Assembly: GCA_032718475.1 (NCBI GenBank)
Contig: JAUCBJ010001343.1
Location: 1 to 51,872 of the forward strand
Source of the DNA: Nemertoderma westbladi
Taxonomy: Eukaryota > Animalia > Xenacoelomorpha
Direction: 5' to 3'
Length of the DNA stretch: 51,872 nucleotides
Shown in pieces: positions 34,281 through 46,381 of the stretch (its first letter is position 1; every line of letters starts with the position of its first letter). The translations under genes were made by a program, and so were the position numbers. Under the pieces are notes generated by a model. That model had not been told where the DNA came from and ran no database searches. It was given only the letters and a program-made list of their open reading frames with translations.

Positions 34281-35780
34281 TGGTGCTACATTATATTACT
34301 ACTTTATTGATCCGATGTTTTTATTGAACGTTGCACGGCCTTTTATCCAACAACATAGCCACCATGGCATTAAGCTGGTAATGTTAATTAAAAAAAAAAT
34401 TATATAACATTCTATTAGCGAGCTAACTAAAGCACAATCAAACTCAACTTTAAATGTTAACCGTTTTTATTTTATGGAGCGCAGGACACCGACATACAGC
34501 TGTCTGTTTTATGTCTGTAAATCTCTATGTAAAGTATATATCTATCTGTTTCTGTAAATTTGTAATGGTGTGCTCGCTCAGGCTCGACTTAATATTTACT
34601 GGCCACTCCTCCACTCATGCTCTTATGCAAATAGCCCCCCTCTTCTGTTAAAAGTGAACACTTTTCGACATTGTTATCAGGGCTCAAAGTAATATAATAA
34701 TTATTATTCATTCCAAATTTGAACTTTATTCAATATTATACTAGAAAGCCAGCAAGCTGGCTGGAAGGAGCCCGGGGGAAGAATCCTAGCCAAGACTAGT
34801 GATGACCCTGAACCCACCCTAGAACCACCCTATATTATAAATGCAGCCCCCATTTCAATACGAATATTACAACACCGGCTGCTAAGGCAATCAACCAATG
34901 ATGCATTATAGAACAAAACTAACAATAGAAAGGGGTAGCTATAGTTAGTAAAACTAAAACACAAACAAAGCGCAAATATCCTAGCTGTTCCACATTAGTG
35001 TCAGTAGTTCTAGTAAGATAATAATAGTGATAACAGTTTCATTCAATTTTTTGAATAAATACAAATTATATAATATGTTGTAGAGCAAATGTATAAACAA
35101 AAACTCAACTAATATTATGAAAATTGAAGGTCTAAACAATATGAAACAAAATAATACATTATCAAAGACAAATTAAATTTTAGCATCACAACAACTATAT
35201 CCAAGAAATTTAACAAAACCGCAAATCAGTCAAAGTGAAAAGGGGGGCAGTTCCCCCCTTCAACCCCCCTTTCAATCAGCACCCCGTCCCAAAAGCAAAG
35301 CCGCACCCAGACCCAGTCAAGCAGAATAACCTATCGAGATAGATATTATGACAACACACCCGGTTCTTTTAAATTTGCGTGATTTGAGTTTTATGCTCGC
35401 ACCACTATTGAGTTTTAAAATATTTGTAAGAAATGTTAAAACTTATCTTAAGCCAATGTAGTAATGGTATTAAAATATAATTAAATTAATTTGATTCAAG
35501 GAATAATAATATAATCCTACTGCAGTTGTATATTTTATTATGTTTATTGACAACTCAACTATTTTCTGTCTATACCTGAGAGCTGATAAGGAAGTGTAGA
35601 CTCAGCCAGCAGCGCTGCTCCTAAAAGACAAAGGCAGGCAGGAGGGGTGTAGTCAAAGTCAAGAAATTCCGCCTGGATGGAATTATATCTCAGACAGCCC
35701 TGCACTCCACCGTTCCTACTCCACAGCTAGCTGCTGCAGCTCATGCAGGAGTTGTTATTATACCATTGCTTTTTAATTTC

Positions 35781-38525
35781 GTCAGTCAGTCAGTCAGTCA
35801 GTCAGTCAGTCAGTCAGTCAGTCAGTCAGTCAGTCAGTCAGTCAGTCAGTCAGTCAGTCAGTCAGTCAGTCAGTCAGTCAGTCAGTCAGTCAGTCAGTCA
35901 GTCAGTCAGTCAGTCAGTCAGTCAGTCAGTCAGTCAGTCAGTCAGTCAGTCAGTCAGTCAGTCAGTCAGTCAGTCAGTCAGTCAGTCAGTCAGTCAGTCA
36001 GTCAGTCAGTCAGTCAGTCAGTCAGTCAGTCAGTCAGTCAGTCAGTCAGTCAGTCAGTCAGTCAGTCAGTCAGTCAGTCAGTCAGTCAGTCAGTCAGTCA
36101 GTCAGTCAGTCAGTCAGTCAGTCAGTCAGTCAGTCAGTCAGTCAGTCAGTCAGTCAGTCAGTCAGTCAGTCAGTCAGTCAGTCAGTCAGTCAGTCAGTCA
36201 GTCAGTCAGTCAGTCAGTCAGTCAGTCAGTCAGTCAGTCAGTCAGTCAGTCAGTCAGTCAGTCAGTCAGTCAGTCAGTCAGTCAGTCAGTCAGTCAGTCA
36301 GTCAGTCAGTCAGTCAGTCAGTCAGTCAGTCAGTCAGTCAGTCAGTCAGTCAGTCAGTCAGTCAGTCAGTCAGTCAGTCAGTCAGTCAGTCAGTCAGTCA
36401 GTCAGTCAGTCAGTCAGTCAGTCAGTCAGTCAGTCAGTCAGTCAGTCAGTCAGTCAGTCAGTCAGTCAGTCAGTCAGTCAGTCAGTCAGTCAGTCAGTCA
36501 GTCAGTCAGTCAGTCAGTCAGTCAGTCAGTCAGTCAGTCAGTCAGTCAGTCAGTCAGTCAGTCAGTCAGTCAGTCAGTCAGTCAGTCAGTCAGTCAGTCA
36601 GTCAGTCAGTCAGTCAGTCAGTCAGTCAGTCAGTCAGTCAGTCAGTCAGTCAGTCAGTCAGTCAGTCAGTCAGTCAGTCAGTCAGTCAGTCAGTCAGTCA
36701 GTCAGTCAGTCAGTCAGTCAGTCAGTCAGTCAGTCAGTCAGTCAGTCAGTCAGTCAGTCAGTCAGTCAGTCAGTCAGTCAGTCAGTCAGTCAGTCAGTCA
36801 GTCAGTCAGTCAGTCAGTCAGTCAGTCAGTCAGTCAGTCAGTCAGTCAGTCAGTCAGTCAGTCAGTCAGTCAGTCAGTCAGTCAGTCAGTCAGTCAGTCA
36901 GTCAGTCAGTCAGTCAGTCAGTCAGTCAGTCAGTCAGTCAGTCAGTCAGTCAGTCAGTCAGTCAGTCAGTCAGTCAGTCAGTCAGTCAGTCAGTCAGTCA
37001 GTCAGTCAGTCAGTCAGTCAGTCAGTCAGTCAGTCAGTCAGTCAGTCAGTCAGTCAGTCAGTCAGTCAGTCAGTCAGTCAGTCAGTCAGTCAGTCAGTCA
37101 GTCAGTCAGTCAGTCAGTCAGTCAGTCAGTCAGTCAGTCAGTCAGTCAGTCAGTCAGTCAGTCAGTCAGTCAGTCAGTCAGTCAGTCAGTCAGTCAGTCA
37201 GTCAGTCAGTCAGTCAGTCAGTCAGTCAGTCAGTCAGTCAGTCAGTCAGTCAGTCAGTCAGTCAGTCAGTCAGTCAGTCAGTCAGTCAGTCAGTCAGTCA
37301 GTCAGTCAGTCAGTCAGTCAGTCAGTCAGTCAGTCAGTCAGTCAGTCAGTCAGTCAGTCAGTCAGTCAGTCAGTCAGTCAGTCAGTCAGTCAGTCAGTCA
37401 GTCAGTCAGTCAGTCAGTCAGTCAGTCAGTCAGTCAGTCAGTCAGTCAGTCAGTCAGTCAGTCAGTCAGTCAGTCAGTCAGTCAGTCAGTCAGTCAGTCA
37501 GTCAGTCAGTCAGTCAGTCAGTCAGTCAGTCAGTCAGTCAGTCAGTCAGTCAGTCAGTCAGTCAGTCAGTCAGTCAGTCAGTCAGTCAGTCAGTCAGTCA
37601 GTCAGTCAGTCAGTCAGTCAGTCAGTCAGTCAGTCAGTCAGTCAGTCAGTCAGTCAGTCAGTCAGTCAGTCAGTCAGTCAGTCAGTCAGTCAGTCAGTCA
37701 GTCAGTCAGTCAGTCAGTCAGTCAGTCAGTCAGTCAGTCAGTCAGTCAGTCAGTCAGTCAGTCAGTCAGTCAGTCAGTCAGTCAGTCAGTCAGTCAGTCA
37801 GTCAGTCAGTCAGTCAGTCAGTCAGTCAGTCAGTCAGTCAGTCAGTCAGTCAGTCAGTCAGTCAGTCAGTCAGTCAGTCAGTCAGTCAGTCAGTCAGTCA
37901 GTCAGTCAGTCAGTCAGTCAGTCAGTCAGTCAGTCAGTCAGTCAGTCAGTCAGTCAGTCAGTCAGTCAGTCAGTCAGTCAGTCAGTCAGTCAGTCAGTCA
38001 GTCAGTCAGTCAGTCAGTCAGTCAGTCAGTCAGTCAGTCAGTCAGTCAGTCAGTCAGTCAGTCAGTCAGTCAGTCAGTCAGTCAGTCAGTCAGTCAGTCA
38101 GTCAGTCAGTCAGTCAGTCAGTCAGTCAGTCAGTCAGTCAGTCAGTCAGTCAGTCAGTCAGTCAGTCAGTCAGTCAGTCAGTCAGTCAGTCAGTCAGTCA
38201 GTCAGTCAGTCAGTCAGTCAGTCAGTCAGTCAGTCAGTCAGTCAGTCAGTCAGTCAGTCAGTCAGTCAGTCAGTCAGTCAGTCAGTCAGTCAGTCAGTCA
38301 GTCAGTCAGTCAGTCAGTCAGTCAGTCAGTCAGTCAGTCAGTCAGTCAGTCAGTCAGTCAGTCAGTCAGTCAGTCAGTCAGTCAGTCAGTCAGTCAGTCA
38401 GTCAGTCAGTCAGTCAGTCAGTCAGTCAGTCAGTCAGTCAGTCAGTCAGTCAGTCAGTCAGTCAGTCAGTCAGTCAGTCAGTCAGTCAGTCAGTCAGTCA
38501 GTCAGTCATTCAGTCAGTCAGTCAG
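35781..38525. repeat. (CAGT)n tetranucleotide array, about 2745 bp (~686 units)
   Basis: Essentially perfect array, with one CATT variant near 38508. Confidence 0.99.
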
Positions 38526-39371
38526 CGCTTATTTCTGTCTTATAGGTAACCCGCCCATGTGAAGAGTACCAGCATTTAACTTTTTAGTCGACTTTTTATT
38601 GGAATTTTATATATGAAGATTTTTTATTTTTGTAAATTTATCTTTATTAAGTGTTTAATAGGGCTTATTTCTGTCTTATAACGTGTACATACATATACTA
38701 ATTATCGTTTATTGTTTTGGTTAAATTCAGCCCTTTCGCAACCTGTGAAAACCTGGTATTCTTCGCACGGGGGTAAGTGCAAAGTGAAATATAACGTCAG
38801 AAAGTCTGGTATTCTTCATATGTAGGCCTACCGTTCTATTTCACAAAAAATGGTAGGCCGATACCGGTGTTAAAAATCAGAGTTAGGTGTACTGTAGTCT
38901 GTATATCGTTGAATCAGTCCAGAAATTGCAGGCCTGATTATGCAATCCACCGATCTTCCGGTACAAAGTACAAACCACCTTGCTGCTCCAGTCTGATAGT
39001 ACATCAGACAGGGCATGCAGATAGGGCATGCAGTCAGGCAGACATGCCACAAAAAGGGGTACCGGTAAAGTGAAAGTTTTCTACTTAGGCAGCAAAATTG
39101 TACCGGCCTCTAAAACATTTCCTACATATCTACAGTACTGCGTCTTGGTGTGATAAATATTTCTCCATTTGACGCAACACCGCCGCGGCCGCTATGAGGG
39201 AGGTGAATACCGCGGCCGCTTCTAAAGCCGCAGGCCATCGCTAACTATATAGGTTAACTTGGGATTCTGGGGGACTTTTCGATGAAGGAACTGACCAAAT
39301 TTTTTTATTTTCTCACCAGGGGAGCGGCTCGGAATTCTAAGATATTAGCAACTCTAACATTATTAAATCTA

Positions 39372-41300
39372 ACCCTTCGACGGACACGGCGGACAAAAAA
39401 CCGTCATTTTTTCGACAATTTTAAAATTTTTTTGAAAGGCGCTCTACAGTAATCAACCTTGTTTTTTATCCGATATTTCTCTTTAAACAGAATTACAATC
39501 AATCAAATTAACATTTTTTAAGTATAATATGTATTTTATTGTATTGTATATTTTATTTGGTGCGCTCGTCGAGTTCTCCGTGGTAGAGCTGATCTTCACT
39601 TCTAATGAATACCTAAAACCATTTCAATAAATAAACAATAAACAATAGTAAACACTACAGTAAAAACCCTAGGTTATTGCTTAGCCGACGCCGGGATACG
39701 ATAGAAGGGATTAATTAGTGAATTCGTTTTTTTTTTCAAAAAAGATTACCACGCCTTTTTTCCGAAAATGTCCGTCAAAGTTGAAAAAACGGACAAAATG
39801 ACTTTGCGGGATCCGCTATAACTCGGCTAATATTAATCGTACGGGGACGAAAGTAACGCGGTTGGAAAGGGGAAGAGTGGTACTACCTTCGTATCGAATG
39901 GGGGTAAGATATTTATTAAAATTTCGGGTGGAAAAAGGGGCTGTAAATATGTACGTTTTTGTCCGTCTTTTTTGGAAAACTTATTTCCGAAATGTTTAAT
40001 TCGACAACGCGGGTAGGAATCCACTAATTCTTTTATGAAACTCGTAGAAGACCATTGGGGCTACGTTCCTATCGAATGGGGGTACAAAAAATATGTCGGC
40101 AATAGGGGCCAAAAAGGGCCAGAATTTGTAAAGTAGTTTTTATCGAAAATTTTTTTATTTTTAACTTTAGTTGGTTAAGGTACATTCTATACAGTCAATA
40201 TCCATACGGGGAATTCAAATATGCTATCGGTTTTGCTCCAAGGATGATATTAAAAAAATGATGGCCAAAATTATAATTTCGCGCTTCAAACTTGCTTCGC
40301 GGGAAATCGTCTAGCTCGAAAACTACTTAACTTACGGGAGATTTGTTTCCACAGACTTATAGTGCGTTAAATTATCTATCTAACAGCGTTAATCACAGCG
40401 CCGGAGGTATTATAAAACTGGAGCAGCAGGCGATCGTGTGAAATATAATATTTATAAAAAGGGACGAAAAATTTTTTTTTTAACAAATCGCTATTCCATT
40501 ATAATTTAGCGTATTGCGCCAAAAGTACCTGTAAAAAGTATCAAATTAACTCCGCTATCTTTTATCTTAACATATATAATTAAAATTGCGAATTTTAAGG
40601 GTCGAAAAATATCGCGTTATTTTGGCCCTTTTTTTTAATTTTTTTGGGGCCAAAAATAACCCCTTCTCAAAAGATTAAGAAAAAAATTACGGCAAAGAAT
40701 ATACCAATTTTATTGAATTTGGACCACCAGAACCGAAGTTAGAGCGCTTTTAGTGAAAAAATTAAAATAATTTTTTTTGCAAAAAAATTAAAAATGGTCA
40801 GGTCAATATTGGATTTCGAACCCGCGAACTTAGGTTTCATTAACGTGATTGATAACCACTAGACTATGTGACCAAGAGAATTTGAAATTTTCGAGTGACT
40901 ATTTTTAAACATCAATAACTTCGGTTCTACAGGGCCGTTTAATCTGAAACTTTTTTCATTGGATAGAGGATAGATTGTAGTGTGTGAAATAGGACAAAAC
41001 TTGGGAAAAGACTTATGTGCACTTAGTGCAAAATGCACTTAAATAGTGAACATTTTATCGATATTTCAAACACTATTATTTCCAGTTCTATTCATCGTAG
41101 AATGTTATTTTTTGGATTAAAATGTAGTTTGGAATGATTTCTATCTATAATCGTAACATTTGTTTAACTTTTTATGTCTATAAAGTGACTTAAAATGTCC
41201 ATGAACTATGGTCCAAAATCGCAAATCCAGATTTATTAAATTGGATTTTTGACACTTTTAGCGACTGACACTTGATCATACACCATCGTAGATCGGTAGA
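39372..41300. mobile_element. Probable non-autonomous DNA transposon remnant(s), family unresolved
   Basis: Starts CTAACCCTTCGACGGACAC (piggyBac-like start). Recurrent TGTCCGTC/ACGGACA and TATCGAATGGGGG motifs, A/T tracts, CpG-rich non-coding texture. No matching right terminus found. Confidence 0.35.
40801..40873 (-). pseudogene. tRNA-like 73-nt segment (pseudo-tRNA or SINE head)
   Basis: Minus strand GGTCACA-TAGTCTAGTGGTT...GGTTCGAAATCC...TGACC has A-box, B-box and a partial acceptor stem. The anticodon arm does not pair. Confidence 0.45.
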
Positions 41301-42899
41301 GGATAAACATAAGTTTATTAAATAAGAGCCACCATTACGATCTGCTAAAGTGCATTTGTACAAATAAGTGTGCAAAAGTGCAAATTTTTTAATAAGGTCA
41401 AATTATATAGTATTGGGTTATTTTCTTTGCAGATACTTTATTTTCATATTAATATGTTGTTTGAACCTTACTGAGCGCATTAGGGGATATGCGTACAAAT
41501 TACCGGCCCTTATGAGGCTTCGATTGGGTAAATTAATAAAACATAAGGTTGTATAGTATAATATTCTAAAAACCAGTGTGATATTAAATGCACTTTAAAT
41601 AATAAATAGAAATCAAATAACAATTGGACCACACAATTAAAAACTCGCACAATTTTGTACTTATTATATCGCTTCAAATTAATTCAACAGTGGATATTTG
41701 GGGGAAGGGGGAAGTTACAGTGTGCATTCGGGGGAAGTTTGGTGAACTGCATTTATGCAGTGAATCCAAACTTCCCCCTTTGATATATCATATACTTAAG
41801 ACATGCTAGGGTGACGGGGAAATATTGTTACAGTCACACTTTGCTTCCATTTATCCTATCCTTTATTATTACCCCAGTCAGATAAGAGATAATAAATCAG
41901 TAAAAACTAAACTAAACTGTCTTTCATGCACACAAATTTCTAACTAAAGACGGGTGAATGACCATGACCATGGAAATAATTTTAAATATAATTGTATATC
42001 AACTATTTGGGGAGGCTTCCAAGTTAAACCCGAAAACAATTATTTTGTTACATAGTAAATAACGTTGTATGTTCTTCTTCCTCTCATAATAAAATATAAA
42101 TGAAATATCTCAGATCGCTATGCCCTGTAACATTTCACAACCAAAATATTTAAGTGTGAAAAGTGTAGGCCTACCACACTCCGCCCAAACAACCGCAAAC
42201 GCATAGCCTACAAATTTAACAAAAGGTTACATACATGTTGGGTTCATGACGAGATGAGTGAAAATTGATCGCGTAATATAAAGTAAAAAATTAGGAGACG
42301 GGCTGGCTCTCCTCCACTTTCTTACCCAATGGATATGTTGTTGTAATAATCTAATATTGGGGCGGCTTTCTCTCGGTCTATTACTAATATTATTAATATT
42401 GACCAAATAGCACCACAGAAATACGGAATCTTGATTAATGATTCAATGATATTGGTCCAGCTCACAAACTAATATAAAGTTAATTATTAAATATACGGCA
42501 AGTTATAAACGGTACATAAATAATGTCATAATGATGTAAATATTGTTATAAATATAAATATATTATAAATAAGTAAATATAATTAATTAAGAAAATAACT
42601 CAAGTCAAATAAGTTAAATATACTTTGATAAGAAATAAACTTATTACATATATAAATTATATATATATATATATAAATATTATATATAAATTATATAAAC
42701 TTAAATATAATTCATTAATAAATTAAATTTAGTCAAATCAGATAAATCTGATTAATTAGTTAAAATAATTAAATAAAGTCAAATTACATAGTTTAATAAG
42801 TTAAATATATAAATCATTACGTACAGTAGTCCTCGATTCGTAAGTAATATTCACCAGTATCACATAAACAATTACTGAGGCTGAAGTTATATACTGTAG

Positions 42900-43160
42900 T
42901 AAATACTGTAGTTATTTTATGAATTTTGTTTTTTTTGAGCAATATCGGACAGTGGCAATCAGGTCCCTCCAGGCTTCTTGATTCTATCATAAGTTATCGC
43001 AATTTCGTTTCTCCAAAGTCCAGTATCATCCCTTTCCACACTTGCCAATTGTCTCTAGGAGATGTTTAGGGCTGCACTCTGTGTTACAAAACACCAGATT
43101 CGTTTTTCAAATGTTTTTGACATTGGCCATGTCCAGATTTTAGAGGCATTGCACTTTATC
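42900..43160 (-). pseudogene. RTE LINE 3' fragment related to 8443-9195
   Basis: TCCAGGCTTC...TCGCAATTTCGTTTCT...CAGTATCA is shared between ~42967-43028 and ~8491-8552. Confidence 0.65.
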
Positions 43161-44629
43161 TTTGTAAAGAAGTGAAATTAAGTTTTTCTTTCTTTCGCTA
43201 TTAGGCCAAGGATTACGCACAAAGTGAAACGACTTATTTCCAGCGCGGTCCACCAAGAACTATACTCCCAAGAGGAACCTGATACCCATTTAGTAAATTC
43301 AAAGGCCCTTAATCAGTCTCTCTACATTCTAATTGTGATTAACATTTACTGTATTCCTTACCACGCAAATTCTTCATCAGATTGCACGCTATGCAGGACA
43401 CACAGTGCTACTATGTAGGCCTAGGAGTGTTTGTAATGGGATCGGCATCTCAGTGTACCGGTATAACATAGAGAAGTAAATTTGTTGAATATCCAATGTG
43501 CAGGAAAACCAATTCATGTCAGTAAACCATTCAGAATAATCAACAATAAATAAATTTGAATATAATTTTATCTTACTAATATATCAGAAAATTAATTTTA
43601 ATATAATTTTATCTTACTAATATTTCAGCAGAGTGAAATAATGATGTTGCCCAAAACTCCTTTCAAACATACACCGCTACAAATACTGATAAATTTCATA
43701 ATTTTTTTTATTGCGTCTAGTAGAATTCAAGGGGGATCAAGACCTATAAAATCTGGAAACCGCTTATAGAGATCTCTTTTAGTTCGCCTCGTGTTATCGT
43801 GGAATATCTGTCTGCCTATCTGTCTCTAAAAGGTAAGACAGACCGACGACAACCGACCGACGGGGGCAACGGTCAGACTAGATTCCACCAAAATAAATAA
43901 AAAAATTAACATCGAAAATGAAATCAGCGAACCCGAAAAAAACCCCCATAAACATAATTTTAGCTCGGTGGTGTTCCTTCCTGACAGACACTACAGTATT
44001 AACCAATCAGACCGTACCACCGTACCATACCAGCCATTAACCAATCAGACGCCATACAGGTAGTTTTACGCGGGAAGGTTTGAACTTTGAAGGCGATTAT
44101 CTCAGAATGGCATTTTTTCACACGAAAAATACCACTCCTCCGCCATTTCTTAACAGTTTTATTGCAATTTGTGCTTTATAAGAAAGGTAATTTCATAAGG
44201 TTCAAGAAATTTCGGACATTTTTCTTGATTTCATAAAATTTCCACATTTCTATGGGTTTTTCATTTTTTTTAATTTTTCGTTTTTTTTTACAAAATCGCC
44301 AATTATAGGAATTAGAAAATAAAAATTCAAAAAGTGACCGAAAAATATGATGAAAAAGAAAATGCTGGTTTAAAAAAGTGTGGTATCCGAAAAAAAAAGG
44401 AAATTTCCTTTTTAGTATTCTTGAATTTATTTCCGGGTATAATAAAATCAACAAATTACACACAAACAACAAACACACACATTACAAAAACTACAAACAA
44501 ATTACATATACAGTATTATAATCATTAAAAATAAACAGAGCACCCGCGGGAAACCTCGAAGAGGCGAGGCCCTCCAAATAGTAATAAGATATCTACGAAT
44601 TCTAGAACAATTATTTAAGTGATTATTAA

Positions 44630-46134
44630 CCCTTTCCGCCCTATGGCATATTTGGTATGCCTTGCGTTAAGGCACTGTGACATACTTGGTATGTCAAATT
44701 CTGTACTTTATTCTACTAACGCCTCAGGATATCAGTGCAGTCCTAGGACAGTTTTCCATGGCTCCAGTGCCCTATGTTGACCATATGTAGGCGGGAAATT
44801 TGAATTTATAGGAACTGTATATCAAATGTTTGATGTAGGTTAATAAGTAGGTACCGGTCTGCCGGTACCTGCTATTGTACTTGTAGTAGTAACTGCTATG
44901 TACAACCTCGCTGTATAATCATGGATAAGAGTTACCCTAAACGTCAGATACGTCCACTGAAGATATCTGGAGGGAATAATTCCGGACTTTTAAACAGCAA
45001 TAATACCGGTACCGGTAGCGACGGTTGGAAGGAGATCAAAGTCAACGAGGATGAAGTCGACGGCGTTAATTATACGTTTAGAGGAGGAAATCTACCGCTG
45101 AGTGGATGGAATGGAATCGATACATACGATGTAGACATGGGTGGTTATGTGGACCTATATATAACAGATTCTTTAGTTGACCTGCTTTGTAAATGTACGA
45201 ATGATAAAATAAAGGCGACAGAAAGTAAACCCGATGATCCACAGCCAAGCACAAGTGGAGGGTCTGATGTTCGAAAGATCAAAGATGTTACACAACTAGA
45301 AATAAAAGCCTTTCTTGGTTTGACTATTCTAATAGCATGTGCAAGGAAGAATAAAATTCGTGATTACTGGAGGGTTTGCATCACCAATTGCCACCCCGTA
45401 TTTTTATTCGGTCATGAGTCGGGATAGGTATCTACAGATATTAAAATTTCTCACGTTTTCTGACCCAAATAAGGTATATAAGCATGATCGATCCACACGT
45501 CTCCATGACTTTTTAGAATTACTACATGACATTCTGAAAATCTATATACCAGAAGTGGAGCTTTCATTGGATGAATCATTATTATTATTCAAAGGACGAT
45601 TGGGATTCAAACAGTTTATTCGCACTAAACGTTCATATATATATAAATAATATATATATATATATATCGGTTATATTGTATATCGTGTATCTGTATGTAT
45701 ATACTGTATATTGTGTATCGGTTATGTTATATTTATCTTGTAATATACATTATACATACAGATACACGATATACAATATAACCGATATATATATATATAT
45801 TGGTTATATTGTATATCGTGTATCTGTATGTATATATATTGTGTATCTGTTATGTTATATTTATCTTGTCAAATATCGAGAACTGTATGACATACTAAAT
45901 ATGTCAATTATATGCACTGTCATGACATACCAGGTATGCCATGTCTTAACATACCTGGTATGTCATTACGCAATCACAGAATGCCCTATGACGTTTTTTT
46001 GGGTCTCCCACATCTCTAGATGCATGAAGCCGAAATACTGAAGCAATTTAAAGAGGGTTGTAAGCATTTCAAATCGGCTCAAACTTCCCAGTGCTTTCGC
46101 AGGACACTTTTATTCTGCTACAGGACGGAAAGGG
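44630..46134 (+). mobile_element. Internally deleted piggyBac-superfamily transposon
   Basis: TTAA at 44626-44629 and 46135-46138. TIRs CCCTTTCCGCCCTATGGCA and (reverse complement) CCCTTTCCGTCCTGTAGCA. Subterminal GACATAC..GTATGTC palindromes on both sides. Confidence 0.93.
44921..45635 (+). pseudogene. piggyBac (PGBD4-like) transposase N-terminal half, frameshifted and truncated
   Basis: EIKAFLGLTIL...IRDYW, then in a shifted frame MSRDRYLQILKFLTFSD...LSLDESLLLFKGRLGFKQFIRTKR (first catalytic Asp). The rest is missing. Confidence 0.9.
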
Positions 46135-46381
46135 TTAAATGATTTAGAACGACAATGATTATACTTTTAAGTGATTTCCAAGTAATTTACAATCATTTGT
46201 TTAATCGATGAGAAACTGTGCAATCGTGAGCATTAGGTTGGCACCTGGACATAATCCATGGATAATCATGGATAATATTATTACAAACAGAATTGCCACA
46301 GCGGCAATAAAAATATTGTTACAAAAAAAATAATAATACTAAAAATATATTATTATAACAATAGCAAAAACTTAGAATACC

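Noticed and set aside
35743-38562. 939-aa and 927-aa SQSV-repeat ORFs
   Set aside because: Artefact of the stop-free (CAGT)n array; no protein-like content outside the repeat.
43680-44580. Helentron/MITE-like motifs (short CTGT/CCGA repeats, AACCAATCAGAC duplication)
   Set aside because: Probably repeat-derived, but I could not define termini, TSD or family.
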